In this document: piece after piece, positions 13,461 through 28,495 of the stretch
Layout of the letters: every line of letters begins with the position of its first letter
How positions within the stretch are numbered: position 1 is the first letter of the stretch
Made by a program: the position numbers and the translations under genes
Origin: Trichoplax adhaerens
Taxonomy: Eukaryota; Animalia; Placozoa
Direction: 5' to 3'
Length of the DNA stretch: 64,000 bases
Assembly (NCBI RefSeq): GCF_000150275.1
Contig: NW_002060945.1
Location: forward strand, 7,879,684-7,943,683
The notes under the pieces: model-generated
What the model was told of the DNA's origin: nothing
The model's database searches: none
Seen by the model: only the letters and a program-made list of their open reading frames with translations

Positions 13461-15395
13461 CCAATGCAAAATCTCGATCATTCATAGACATAAAATGAAA
13501 GTTTTATTAAATCAACCGATAAATTTAGAATTGACCTAAGCCATTGCCATTTTAAAGTGTGTTCATCAGCATACCATACCAAACATAAAATAAAAGTTTA
13601 TTATAAAAAATCACGTTGCATAACCGAGAATACTCGTATATAATTAATTCTGCTATCGGTTTGAAATCAAAAGATTTTGCTATTATAAGTGTCTATGTGC
13701 GTATTGTAAAAATACGTTAATCATAATGCATTTGCCAGCTTAATTTTTAATGTACATAATTTAGATACATGATAATTTTTCAACGAATGAATTTTCAACA
13801 TTATCTTCCCTACTACTACATTAAACTGTTACTTATTGGAATACATCATTTGCATGTACAAAATGGTAATTTTGTGTACTACAACCAAGCGATAATTGCT
13901 TTCTAATTATTTCGTATAGGAGAAATAATCTAAATTCTTATTCGCTAATAACAATACTTATCGATAGGCTAATTTCCAATCTATTCAACCATCAGAAATA
14001 ATTACCATTTTTATCTTAATCAAAATATGAATCAGCCTGAACATTTTTACTGCTAGATTATTAATAATGTACATTATGTATTACTGCTTAGGTTAGGAGT
14101 GTTAATGAAATATTTACTATATTTGTGAAACTAATTCAAATGAGATCGTGGCTAATTATACGGTCACGTAAGAAACTTTAATGTAAATGCAATAAAGGTA
14201 TATTAATATAAAGTTACCTGTGTGTGCATAGCAGTTTTTAACAACATATAATCTAGCCTTAGTAGGTCATGCAATAAAAATTGCATTCTATAGAAATACT
14301 AATTGCTACACTAAGAGATATTGATATACCTATTGGGACTGTTAACAAACTCTATTTTTGTATTAGATTGACATTAAGAGAGTTACTGTAGCACATTTCA
14401 ATGGGTACATAAAATTGCTAGCAGTAGCGTATAGTATATTTATTGCAATGTTTGAAACTCATCAAAGCTTAGGGTGCTAATGATTAGCGTAATTTAAAAT
14501 TTTATAATGTAATATTTACATTATAAATGAAATAATAAATGGCACTATCAATGAACTGGAATCACTTTACCAGCATTAACAAGAAACAATGTCAGAAATT
14601 AGCATTTCGATGGTATAAGATGCTTAAATATGCTATTATACAGTCCTGTAATAATTATTTCTTTATAAAACATGCTATATTTATCGTACCTGAACCCATA
14701 CTATATAGTACCTTAAGAATACTTATAATAAATGCTTTTATTTTTTATAGTTGATAAAAAATAACATGTAGTAAATTCAGTTATTACTATAGTTTAAACA
14801 GTATTTCGTATGAAGAATTTAAGATTATGAAGAGATTGCTTGAAGACATGGAAAGCCTTCAAATAATTTCATGCGTAAATATCTCATATTATAAACTCGT
14901 TTTAAGACTTGAAATATAGCATTATAGTATATTTGCACTATAGAAAAAATAAATATTTTGTTATACATATTGATAAAAGATGATCGACATTACCGTCAAA
15001 GTTCATTCGAAAGATTTACAATTAGTTAATCACTAGCGTGCGTTGACGAAACTTATAAAATTATAAGTTGCGTTAAAGTTGTCCTGCTTAGTAGGATAAG
15101 GCGTACAGACGTATTTATAATTATGGCACAAATTAGCGGGGTTGGCTTAATTTGAGTGTTGTATTGTCAAAGATGAAAATCAAATAGAGTAGCTGATATT
15201 TATTTCAGTCCTTGAAAAGATATCTAATGTGAAGTATTATATAGTACCGTAAAAGTTGAACTTTCTCAACTTCTCATAGTATATCATGAATTTTATGAAA
15301 AACAGTGTCTAGTCGATGCTAATTTTCGTAACTCGCTTTCTCCTTTAATTAATCCTTTAGCGTACAAAATCTAAATAAAAATTTGTGTTGGGTTT

Positions 15396-16787
15396 TCAGT
15401 TTGTATTTAATCGTCTTGCCACTCGATCAAGGAAAGCACCATGAGCGGAAAAGCTCGGATAATATGGCTAAAATTGTATTAAAACATGTATTACATATTA
15501 AAACCTTCGATACCAATAAAAAATACCAATTAGACGGGCGAAATAAAGTATTTTGTCTTACATCTTGTTTTAAAATTAGCTTAGGATCCCACTTGGTTCG
15601 GTTTGGGAATGTGAAACAGAAATTTTTTGAACTATCAAATGTTCTCGAAGTCTTTGCTGGTCTACTATTATCGTAATCTATTTCAGGTGAAAGATTGCAT
15701 AAATAAGATATCAGATTAACAGCATTAACTAGGAGTATGTCAGCTAACATGATGTAAAACCGATTTTTGATCAATAGTACCTTCATATAATTTATAGACG
15801 CCTTCTGATTTTATGTGGAGACCACCGGGATCATGTTCATACGCCGTCGCGAATCGATTTAAACCAAGTTTTTTTATATCTGCCAACTTTAATTAATTTT
15901 GAATAATAGAATAAGATTAATTAATTAATTATAGATAATTTCTAATTGTTAATAATGTTATAATGCTAACAAAATTGCAAGTCAATCAAAAAGTCATTAT
16001 AAATCAGTACATCTCATTGTATAAGGTTTAGAAATGCTCACGAGATCATTTTGTAAAAAATGAAATTATTAGTAAACCTGCCCTAAATTTATTTTAAATA
16101 AGTAAATGGAGTCATTTCTTCTTATTATCTCAATAGAAATTTGACTTGTCGCATAGATTGAAGATGAGAATTCGCTACAGTAAATATTTAGACTTAATGC
16201 TAGCTTAATGTAGTTTATATCATCAACATATCTTGTATATATCATATTGGTTGTACGATAAGAACCATATAAATGTATTACATAAGGAAGTGAATAAATG
16301 GCATTAATGTAACTCTTAGCTAGGTTAGTACCTTCCTAAATTCATGAGGCTTTGGATCGGTAAATTCTGGATGATTTGGATACTCTCGTCGAGCATGGTC
16401 GATCTTAGCTTGAAATGAGCTTGAAAGATGATGTGATATAACAAATCTTGGTTCTTTGCGACCAGTTTTTACTACTGTTGGTAAATGATCATCTAGATGC
16501 TTTTTGACAAACGTACTACTAGAAGATTGTTTCGGACTATCTTTTCTATTCGACTTGCTCGTGTTCCTGAAAGATTTTGAAGCATAAAGTGGATAACTAA
16601 AATCAGGTGGTGGTTTATTCCAAATATTTCCATATCTTTCCGACTCAAACTGTTGACGTCTGAGATGGGCAATATTTGCATCCCTTTTAACTTGCTGTAA
16701 CTGCCTTGTAGCTTGAAAGCGAATTCTTGCTTGAAAGCCAAATGGTATATCAGAATAGTTTGTTTGAGAATTTTCTGATGCTGACAT
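15396..16787 (-). CDS. Uncharacterised conserved protein resembling C7orf78-like proteins, 249 aa, 4 exons
   Basis: Exons 16787-16332, 15886-15781, 15677-15562, 15467-15396, all GT-AG and in phase (750 nt). Blocks IWNKPPPDFSYPLY, DPKPHEFR, YEHDP, KWDPKLIL and AFLDRV match my recollection of C7orf78-like proteins; the family call is from memory only. Confidence 0.7.
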
Positions 16788-17466
16788 GCCGATAACTGAG
16801 TTTGATTACAGTTAATAAGAATGGGCTATAAAATACTGAATGTCTACTATACTATAGATATTTTATTTATCACTAATTAATGGGCGCTTGCATAAATTCT
16901 AGATTATTATAGATTAACCGCCATTACTTTGGCTAAACCCTTTCAGTTGTAGCTGAAAACAAGCTTCAAGTTTAGATCAATCCAATCGTTGAATATTGAA
17001 CTTAACTTTATTATCCTGATAAACCAGTTGGCCAATGGATAAAGATGTTACAGATATACCGTTATTGCTGTAACAAATTCAGGTAGTTAACTATTGGATT
17101 ACGTTAGACAGTATCTAAAAATTTTTCGTCTCCACCGGATGGCTTTAATAGTGTAATAGTAATTGTAGAACAAGATTAACCAAAACTTAACACTTTATTT
17201 CATAATAACGCTCTTGGTACTGCTATCAATCAACCGTTAACCTAATGATTGGCATACATCGCCACTGGAAGCAACAAGTTTATCCGCTACACCGTTGCTA
17301 AGCAACAGCTCGAGACTAAATGAATTATTAACAATGTCATAGATTGCCTCAAGCTGCCCACCATATCCCATATAATCCCTATAGGAAATTTAGATTGTAC
17401 GCCAAGTATGACGTAGGAAGATTGGACTAAAAGTACAATTAAATTAAGCCAAGCATGCTCAGAAAA

Positions 17467-18428
17467 CCATCCAAAAGTAAGTTGAAAACACATCGATTAG
17501 TATGGTAAAATGGCTAGACGGGTAGTGATTACTGACTGATTAGTACTAACGATGAACTTACTGTCAAGTTTTTGTAGCGTGTAAAGTATGCTGTAGCATC
17601 TATCTGCATAGCCTCTGAGATTTCATGTATACTATTTAATACTAGACTGTATCAGGGACTTCTACGTCTAAATTCTTGTTTTAGAAGCTCCTAACTGGGT
17701 TTAGAACCTTGTCTATGGGCTGTACTATTTTATACAAATAGGCCTTTGCTATGGGGCTTACAAGGTTATCAATAACCGTGGCATTGGTAGATCACGGTAT
17801 TTACATTACAGCAGATAATGATTCTTATTATTATGTCGTAGACTTTAAAGCCATTTAAAAGTAAGTTAAAAACACACCGATTAATAAGGTAAAATAGCTA
17901 GATGCTTAGTAATTAATACCATCGATGATCATACTATCAAGTTTCTGTAGTGCCATGGTCTACATCGACATAAGACCATGGACAGAGCCTCTAACATTTC
18001 AGTTGTAGTATTTAATACATAATTTTGTTTAGAACCTTGCCTATGGACTGTACTGTTTTGAACAAGTAAGTCTTTGTTATGGCACTAACAAAGTGGCCAA
18101 TTGCCGCAACATCGGTAGATCACCGTATTTGCAGTACAGTATAGCAGCTACTGATCCTTAAAAAGTGTTTTAGTTCTATCAATGATCTTACTGTCAAATT
18201 TCTGTACTATATTAAGTGTGCTATGGTCTGCATATATACATAGCTTTTAAGATTTCAGTTATACTATTTAATACTAAACTATATTTAGAACTTTGTCTAT
18301 GTACTGATTTATAAATAGGTCTTTGTTATGAGGCTAACAAGACCACCAATAAGCATAGTATTAGTAGATCACGATATTTACAGTACTGTAGTTAATGATG
18401 ATCATTATTATTATTATGTCGCAGGCTT
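17467..18428. repeat. Degenerate tandem repeat, about 2.7 copies of a ~380-bp unit
   Basis: Copy starts ccatccaaaagtaagttgaaaacaca (17467) and ccatttaaaagtaagttaaaaacaca (17851); a partial third copy starts near 18178. Shared landmarks: ttagaac(c/t)ttg at 17701/18029/18285; gtagatcac at 17787/18115/18364; attattatgtcg at 17827/18410. Confidence 0.9.
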
Positions 18429-18703
18429 ACAGCACAATGTTGGTACAGTGTCTAGTCGGTCTGGATAACTCTAGTCCATAGGTTACAAAGTCATCGCTTC
18501 ATGTGAGTACTGTGTTTGAAACGAATAGTATGAGTATACTAGGTAGCAGGATAGAGCTATCAATAAGATCAATTATACGGTGTATTTCCAATGAAACACG
18601 CTTTGACAAGAACAAATCGATTGAGATTATAAATTTATTTATTAATTGGTTGAACTTAAATTAATCTTTACAGCCTGATTACAGCTTGAATACATAAATT
18701 CTC

Positions 18704-21224
18704 ATGGCTTCGGTAATGGTCTCGGATTTTATGAACATTATTATCAACTGTGCTGAGAAAGCTGCCGTTCTAGCCCGGGTAGTGCGATCGGAAGCGATCA
18801 TGTTGAAATTACTTATTGAAGAGAAGACGGATAAAAACTGCAAAAACGATCGTTTTGTACATGATTTTAAAACATTAGTGGACGTATTGATTCAAGAAAT
18901 GGTAAAGCATGAAATTGCAGCAAAGGTAGTGTACTTATAATAGTAAAGATTATGCTACGTTAAGAGTGTATGTGCAATTATATTTAATCTACGGTTTATT
19001 TTTATATTATGACAACTTCCTATGAACGAAAAACTTATTCATTACACCATCAGTCCATTTATTCACTGCACTAATGTATCGTGTTATACTCGTACCTGTA
19101 TTCTTCCTAGATAGGCAATAGACTTTACAATATATTATACTGCATAGTCGCAACGTACATCTCTGGTATAATTCAATATAAATACTTTCTAATCACGTTC
19201 ATAAATAACAGCATCAGTATTCTTATGCATTATTGTTCCTTCACAATACTTTGATCGGATACTCGGACGAGACATCAATAAGTAGACATGAGAGTCGATA
19301 GATGCTGTATGGCAGCGATTAGTTCTATTGCACTCGTAGCATTCGTGAAACTTTAAATCGGTTCAGAAATTGGATATGTACAATGGGCTGCTTTTCTTTA
19401 GAGCACCTAAAACGGAAAAGATCTTGCTGTAGAAATCTCAGTCAATCAGCCATTTAAGAATATAGTAGAAGCTATCTGTCTACTTATGGTTATATCTGAA
19501 TAGTACACTATACCTTCACGAAATGAACACAACTTAGCGAAAGACTTCTTATTTTAAAATATATAAACTTTAATCAATGTTTTATTTTTATTGTTTTATC
19601 GATTCACGGTTCAAATCTTTTAATGTACCGTTAAAATAGTAAAATATTACATCCCTTTAATGAGCGAAGGTAAGTGTATACTTTATATGGATGAGAAAGG
19701 TACAGCTTAAGTATTCATTCTCTACATTTATTTTTTTCTTAAACGGTAGTGTATCAACTTTAATTGAAACTCATAATACGCTGGTAAACGTTTCTGGAGA
19801 TGATAATTTAATCCTAAATGATGACTAATAAATAATGTAACAAATATCATAATGAATATTAAACTCTATATTTTACGTTACCAAACTAATAGTTAGCATC
19901 TGCAGGCTATGTAAGTGGATGAAATGGTAGGCCTGAGCTGTAAATTGTACTTGTATTTATGAATAATTTTACAATATTCGACCATACACTAAATAAAGTG
20001 CTAATCGTACTAAAAGAATATCTGAAATCTATAAAGATATAGTTGAAAGTTACCCAATCAGCTTGCTTAATTCCTAAATCTCTACCAGGTTGGTTAGTTG
20101 CAGAAAAGTCGTGATCGAAAATATCTTTCTGCTTCCTTAATAGTTTCCCTGTCTGACTGGTTTTGTACATGGAGAGGAAGATAATACATTTACAAATGCT
20201 ATTGGTGAATCCGTCATAATTGAAATTAAATCTACCGCTCAGGAAACAGCGAACGTATTACGTAGAGTATTAAATAACAACGAAAAGGCAAGTCAACTGT
20301 TGGCTGAAATCATACATGGTGATATCCAGTGTCAGAATAACGAACATATTTTCAATAAAGACGACACTATCAATATTGATAATTTCGGAATTTGGATTGA
20401 TCCATTGGGTACAGTAGATAACTGCTAATTGAAGCTTAATTCTTTCATACAATATGATATATTTTGTTTTCCTTTTTGTACGTATCATTAAGAATTAACC
20501 TTATACATATAATACCATACATTATCCAATATCGAAACTTTTAAATGAGACTAAGATTTAATCTTCTGTATTAATATCATTATAAATAGATGGTACAAAT
20601 GAATATATTAGCCAAAATGTTGTTGAAGCCCAGAATGGTATTTATTCAAAAGGCTTACAGTGTGTTACTGTCCTGATCGGAATTTATCATCGAACAAGTG
20701 GATCACCAATTGCAGGTGTTATCAATCAGCCTTTCCATCAAGTTTTACCTAATGGACAATGGCAAGGCAGATCGATTTGGGCTCTGTGCTACAACGGCAT
20801 GAATTTCAATTCAAATTTACACTTAAAAACGGAAAAAGATGTTCCAAAAGAACATAATATTAAGAAGTATACGGTTCTATTAAGTGGAAGTGAATCTAAA
20901 ACTGTATTACAGCAATTAAATCGTGACGACATAAGTATCCGTAGGGCCAGCGGTGCAGGCTATAAATTACTTTGCGTAATTGATGATCTTGCTGATGCTT
21001 ATGTTTTATCTAAAGGTTCTACATATAAATGGGATACATGTGCACCTCATGCTATTTTACTTTCAATGAAAGGGTCTATAATTAACATGGAGAACGCAGA
21101 TGAATCTACTCAAATTGTCTATAATCAAATGGATCCATCAAGCACGAAATGGAACAACAGCAAGGGAATAATTGCTTTTAAAAAACTTCAGATATTGGAA
21201 TATTTGAAATCTATCTTATCTTGA
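18704..21224 (+). CDS. INPP1: Inositol polyphosphate 1-phosphatase, 373 aa, 3 exons
   Basis: Exons 18704-18925, 20144-20408, 20590-21224 (1122 nt). Motifs AEKAA..AR, LLIEEK, DFKTLVDVLIQE, GEEDNTFTN, WIDPL|DGT (metal-binding DPxDxT split by an intron), GVINQPF, GAGYKLL and YKWDTCAPHAIL are typical of INPP1. Confidence 0.95.
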
Positions 21225-24200
21225 ATCAATATGGAAAGTCCGAATAATTTAACTGAAATTCTCGCAACATCTGAGTGAAATGCGAAATACTAATCTCTAT
21301 TATTTAGTTGTCTACTCATGCTGTTATGTTAAGTAAATTTGTAATAATATTTAATTGGTTATTAAACTCAAGATTGGATCTGCAAAACTTTAAACAGTTC
21401 AACTGTTGCATGGCCATAAATTTTTACAGTATCTCTCAAAATATATCACAACGCATTTGTATATAGTATTTAGTTAAGAAATCATACTTTAGTGCAGCTA
21501 TTGCACTTACGGATAAATATAATTTCATGATGTATTGGATGAGGATATCGTTATTTGTATGTTTCAGGATTGAAAGATAGACTCTTCCTATTGAAAATCT
21601 ATTTTATAATCATGATAATAATTAATATTACTACCATTAAATCTCAGATTATAGAATAAAGATCTTAGTAACAGTACAATATTATTTGTCAAACGAAATA
21701 TTAAATTGTTAGGTTAGGTGGATATCAATAAATTATCTAAGCTTTGGTATGCGAGTTTACGAAACGTCTTTAGAAGATTGATATACGCATTGGATAGCAA
21801 AGTTTGGTTAAAATTGTAGATAATATTCGATCTCCATGATATTTACCTGAATATATTCATATGTTCGGAAGGCTATTAGCGAACGTGGTGTGATAGTGAA
21901 TCGTACAGAGCTGTACCTTTTCCTTCTTTATCGTTTTAGCTTTCGTTTTAACAAAAATATGTTTATAAAAAATATCATTTTAAAAATTAAGGAGTTCAGT
22001 AATAATGACGATAGAGCAAATAAATCTCCGCTGGATACATTCGATGCAAAAGTAAATATTTTTAATCTATGGATCATAAATTATTTGCCTTACTGATAAG
22101 AGATATAAAGAATTACTTTAAAAACATTTTTTAGACGTAATTACTGAAAAATTGAATCCAATTACTAAATTCTATACAATACCTCACGTACTTATAATAA
22201 AATATCTATGTCATTGTGGCAATACGCTCGTATCTTCAATTTATAAGAGTAAATAGAGAGAACTAGGCATACACCACTCTAGTGAGCTACGAAATCCTTT
22301 CCCTGAGGCTACATTAAAGAGATAGAAAAGGCTAATTCTTTGGTCTAATTCATTTGTTGAATGTTTGTATGGCGGACTAAAAGTTATAATATGATGAACT
22401 TTAAATCTACGCCTTGATGTATACTATGTCAATAAGGCAGAGTTAATCTGAAGCTCCCTAGGAATTAAGGGTTAACCTATGTTTGAACCCTATCCTGCCT
22501 GATTCACTGATACGCTTTAATCTAGTACAGAGTAAGATGCATTTGATGCTTCTCGAATGATTCCAAGAGCGGCCCATTTTTATTGAACCGTAGCCATTTC
22601 TCTTAATTTATCATTTACCAAATAGACTCCGTTTTCAGGTTATTCTAAATTTTGTGCAATGTATCATAAACATTGAGTCACACAAATTCATTGTGCTTTA
22701 AAGAATTCACACGTGCGCGTATTTATACAGCATCTATATGATGATAATTAATTAATTATTGACATACTGTATACACTTTACACTTGCAATTTAATAAATA
22801 TACATAACGCCATATTGGTAAGTTAGAACACCAGTCGAGTCGTTCATAACAGTAGTACAAGATATTTTACATAATCATTTCAATAGGTACAAGATCGCCC
22901 AGACTATAGTCTTGTTGTTGCTCATAAGTAATTTAACTGCTTTTACTTGGACATAAGTATTTAGATGGCTTTAATGGCCTTAATTAATTGTTACGAGTGC
23001 GTATACTGTTAAGAAGATATAAAGTCAAATGCTCAATATCTACTAAGATACTTACAAATATTAATTCCAAGGATTAGAAATTTCATAAAATTTATTGACT
23101 TTATAAAAGTCAATATATTAGGATGGGTATTCGAAAGTGAATAGCTACGATGTATTTACCTTTATTAAGTCATAAATTATGGATGGAGGTACTACCAAGT
23201 CTGATAACGGTAAACTAAGACAATTTGGAATATGGGTCAAGAAATGATGGTAGTGAATTAGTTGTCATGTCATTAAAGCTAGTGCAATGCAATTAATTGT
23301 TTCTTTTGAGTAAGATAGTTTGATGCTATAAATTATACGAAGGCACTAATATATGCATATCAACCTCTGAAAGTAACCCTTGTCATCACACGATTCATCT
23401 GAAAAAGAGCAGGTACTTAATTCATGCGCATTGCTGGATTTAATTCTATAAGGTTGGAATATTCTATAAATTTCAGCATCTAACCTTACATATCTAGGCG
23501 TACTCTATCTTACATAATTATGATGTTAGCATAATTACCAATACAACACATATTCAAATTAGCTTCCGTTACTTTTTGAAATGTAATATATTCATCTGAA
23601 TAGAAAACACTTAATTATTAATCTATAAATCGATTCTGTAAGAAAATATTTAGTTGACCAGCTGTAGCACTTAAATTATTCGTTTATTGTCAGAGTCCTT
23701 AAAGAAAGAAATGATCTAAACTGTTAAAATTTGAATTTGAGGCTGTATATAATCCTTTGTCGATGGTACTATTAAGTATTCACCACCGATACTGGCTTAT
23801 GTAGGATTCTGATCTGATTATTGCCTCGCATCTTACAATGGATAGTTGTTCAAATACTTAAAATGAATCGATTACTATAATTAATTATAGTACATATGGA
23901 ATACTATGACTCCAAGGGATAGTCAAGTAGGAAATTTTATCGCATTTAAAGATTTTATTTATGATTTGGCCCGAGGTAATTAATATTTAATTTTGAGTTC
24001 AAATGTCACCACAATAGTCCTCATCAAGTTTTCAGCGTTTGAGTTCAGTTTCAATATTGGTAATGGTTCCGGGATGCCTTATTTAAAATTAAATATAAAC
24101 GTGAGTGATACTTACAATATTGCCCTTTGAAATACCTAATTATCATAATCAAATTTGAGTACTACCTATATCAAATAATTACACAAGCAGTATTTATAAA

Positions 24201-27200
24201 GTGTAGCGATGGAATATTTACGTTATTTTTTATTATTAATTATTAGTAGTAACCTACTAGAATATGGTAACGTGTTCATTAAGACAGCAGTCGCAAAATG
24301 TAAAGAAAAAGTTAAAGAGTCATTGATACTTTTCACGTGGTAAAACGCGGAATGCATTCCCACATTTTGAATAGCATATTCTATTCAGATGTAGTTTAAA
24401 TATCAATTGCAATTTTTAACGTTCTGCCGATAAATTCCTCCTGTATTATCTACATTTTAGTATCCGTTATATCATCGTCTAAATTTGTAAGTATTTGCAT
24501 TACTATAAGCGACAGAAGTTAATACGCCACGAAATATAATAATTAAATAAAATGAAAGAGCGCCTTTAAAATTAAAAACGTTGTTCATTTTGAATTCAAA
24601 AAATAACGGAAGGGATGCCCAAATATGATTTTTAGAATTTTGTCTATTGTTATGCTGAATTTCAAGTAGAATTAGAAGACTATATTAAAACGTCCTTGAT
24701 TGGATTACTACTGTTGATTACACTTATGCCTATAGATGCGTAGGCAGAGTGTTTACGATAAAATACCTAAATAAAATATTACTTTTCAGCTACTATAATC
24801 TAACAGAAGACAAAATATATCAATTACTGTAAGAATGTTGATACAGAATCAATTATAAACTGCGCTAGAATTGACTAACTTGCAAGTTAGTATCTTGTGC
24901 TCTTTGATAGCTTGAAGTATCGTCAACCTTTTTTTTAGAAGTATTCCTGCAAATTTTGTTTTCTACTTTGCAAAATTTCCCTATTTGTGTATGCCTGTAC
25001 CAATCTCTTTATACGTCTTGTGTGCGTACGTGATCGGAATAATAATAGACTGAATCTAACTCAACAGTTTAGGTCATGGCATCTTGGGTATTTATATCAA
25101 TTAATCATTTTACATGTCCTTCATCATCAATTGACCACTGAATTATTAACTATACAAGAGACTTACTGTCTAAATTAATTACTAATAAAGAAATTTTACT
25201 ATTATAATAAAGAACGTGATAACTTTCATGTCAAATAATACTTCATATTAACATTAAGTAGGGCCCATTCTTACCCAAATGAATACTTATTTACGGTAGT
25301 TACAGTAATAAAATTTGGTTTTATGTTAAGGAGTAAGCATTGATGCAGTTTATTACTGGATTGATCAGATCAGTCGAGAGTACTTTATTCGTAAAATGCA
25401 ATGAATGACAGCATATAATAATTATGACTACTCATTGTTGTCTTGAATTATAAACAAGTAAAGTAAGGGTTTATGGAAATTTGATTAGCATTTTAACTAA
25501 TTAGCAAGACTTACTTGCTAATAATCTTGCATACCAATACTTATTCGCATAGCATATCCATTTTTGAGTGGTTACTTAGATGTTTTTACTACTATTGAAA
25601 TTAGATACGTTGTGAAACAATACTAATGTAATAAAAATAGATTATTCGATTTCAGATGATTATCGTAGATCATTTTAACTATGATAGTTTACGGATAACA
25701 TAACCATTTCTTACCTCGTTTTGATGTAATTCTGTGCATTATAGCAATTTAAAATTATGACACATACCTAGGAAAAATTTTTTAAGCCTATACGATTTCA
25801 CTCCAGCTTGATTTCGTTCTAATATATTGAGATAATTTTACAATTGGATTATTGTAGAATAGCAGCTGTTCTTGAACGGAGAATGGATAATACTACAATT
25901 TTACATTTATATTTAATGTTTCTGTAGTTGTATAGCGTGAAAGAGTACATTGGTTGAAAGCAGTTTCTTGTCCACTTTTCTAGGTATTAATTAATACAGC
26001 CTGCAATAACTGAATTAATAATTCTAAGAATGGCTATTATTGTATTCTAAATGTTCCTCTTGTACAACCTATGGAAATAACAAAATATTTCGGAATGAGT
26101 AAGAAGGAAGTTGTAAAATACTTATTGAAGCTTTCTATGTTTATAATTGTTGACTATATGAACAAGTCGTAGATGGAATAAAAGAACGTATTCGGCACAA
26201 TGAGTTAAAGAATTGCAATTAGTAAATAATTGCTATGTCGATCTGTCTAAGTTAAATAGAATATACAAATATGATCAATAATTTATAGATTAGTTATCGC
26301 TCTAATAATTAAAAGGGAATGCAAATATAATCAAGCTGTTAGAGGTGTCTTTAATATAAAGAAAGATCGAAATAGCAGCATCAGATTCTACCTAAGCTAT
26401 AGGCTCTACATCAAGTATTTTGTTTTATAAATGATATTAATGCAATTTTCAAAAGGGGCTTGGCAGGTATTGATAGCATTGATTAAATGATAATGCATAG
26501 ACAAACTTTCAATACGATTGACTAAATACGTTCGGATACGTATTATCATCATATGGATAATACTACATAATTCTCGTCGGAGTAAGTATCATTACCAATC
26601 TCAGTTTTGAATAGGTTCTGTAGCTGAAATACACCGTATCTTTTTCTATGAATTTTACTCAAGATTTAATTTATTATTTATTACATGCATGAAAAATTAA
26701 CACGCGATACATGGATAAATACCGTGATGTATCAATTCTATGACTCTGTTGTATTTCCTTATATCGACCTGCAGGACTAAGATTAAAATAAACGAGTCTA
26801 GCAAGTTTATTGATCTTAATTCGATTTTTTTTCTGCATTCCTACCGGCATAAATTCACGAATAAATTACGAATTCAATTAAGAAATTTGTTCAATTCGTT
26901 GATATACTTCTATCATAGATAAACATGATTAGTATTAGAGACGACGAGTTTTGTATCAATTAAAAATTGGTAAGCATTGATTCAATATCTTAAGCCATAT
27001 GCAATAGTGATTCAATTGAATGTATCTGTGCCTTATTGGGAAAATTTACATAATAATGTAGTTCCAGTAATTTCTGATGACAGTCATTTACTGCTATAAT
27101 TATGTCATAAAAAGTGTATAACAAACTTGAGACGGCGATTCAGAGAAGTTATTGTTTATAAGGTGAAATAATAAAGCAGTAAAACAGCTAGTTCTCCATA

Positions 27201-28287
27201 TCTTTGAATAACTTTACGTGATTTTCATTCCGTACAACTCTTGATATTAATTTTAAATCCAGTCGAAATTTGGGACATAGACTATGTGTTGAAAAGTTTA
27301 TCCAACGTTAATTACTGTACCTTCATAAGCCGACATTAGCATCAAGAGCTTAAGTAATCTAAATTTTCCTTATTACCCACTACTAGTTAATTAGTGTAAC
27401 TGGATAGCAAGCTAGTTATTGTACTATTATTCTATGCTATCTCTAAATGGTACGTTGTGTAATAAACTATTGTAACAGTACAGTAAGCCAAAAATAAAAA
27501 CTTCTTAAAGAAATGAGCTCAATGCTAATTAATATAGAAAGGGGTGATCGCTAGAAATACATTGCATAATAGCTAAGATGAATCATAATGAGGGCGTTCG
27601 CTTCAATGACTATTCCAGCAAAAGGTAGAATAGTCGGCAATACTGAATTGATAATTTGTGTCACTAATGACTACGAATTTAGAAAGATCTCTATCCATGG
27701 CTACGGTATCTATTACTAAGACAACACAACGATTTTGGTAAATCAAAATCGATATAAATGCCTCTTTTTCATGTCTTCCATCCACTTACTACCATGTTGA
27801 AAATAACGGATACGTCATTTTGTGGCATAGACAATGTATTTATAAAGTCAATCACTACCCATTCTCAATTCCGTTTACCCAGACCATTCTACCACAATAA
27901 ACATCGATTCCCTTCTTTCAATAATCAATGATAAAATTACCATCTGATCTCGGGTATAATTTGACAGGTAACAGGCTTTTATTATAAAATTAATTATGAT
28001 TGATTTTTTTAATAGACTTTAGTGTTAATAATCTTGCTGTCATTTGCAAATGAATTCTTCTTCCCTCTTGTCCCCGTAAATTGGCTGAAGTGACTTCAAT
28101 GCTATGACGTTATCGCGAATCAATGTTATCTTGTTATCATGTCTATCACATGATCACTTCCTGTATGTTAAACAAGAAAACGACTGACCTTGAAGCGATT
28201 GAATATATTGGCAACAATGTAAAATGCATTGTTCAACATTAGACGATTGACACTTTATCCCGGTCACCCTATCGATTGAGTGAAGAC

Positions 28288-28495
28288 TATAAATAGGGGT
28301 GGTAGTATGAAAATCATTCCATAACGCTTCCTTTAGCTTTCGGCCATTGCTCCATTTTCATTGCTCACTTGTCGCCTTCTTCTAGTCATTTTTCACTTCA
28401 CGGTCCTCCAATTGCCTTGGAACGATTTAAGATCTACGAATTTTCAGCTTTACTGAAGAAAAAACAAGACAATTTCAAAGATTTTCTAGTAAGTA
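28288..28495 (+). promoter_or_regulatory. Candidate TATA promoter and non-coding first exon of globin 1
   Basis: TATAAATA at 28288-28295, then ~170 nt of pyrimidine-rich sequence with no long ORF ending at a GTAAGT donor (28489 or 28493). A matching acceptor (ttttcatctag, AG ending 31590) lies 18 nt before the globin ATG. The link between them is inferred. Confidence 0.4.

Noticed and set aside
15383-15676. 97-aa plus-strand ORF (likewise 20270-20488, 32240-32476, 32588-32803, 51860-52111, 56275-56475)
   Set aside because: Antisense shadows of real exons.
17467-18428. CRISPR-like array interpretation of the repeats
   Set aside because: Eukaryotic context; the units are long degenerate duplications without unique spacers or cas genes.
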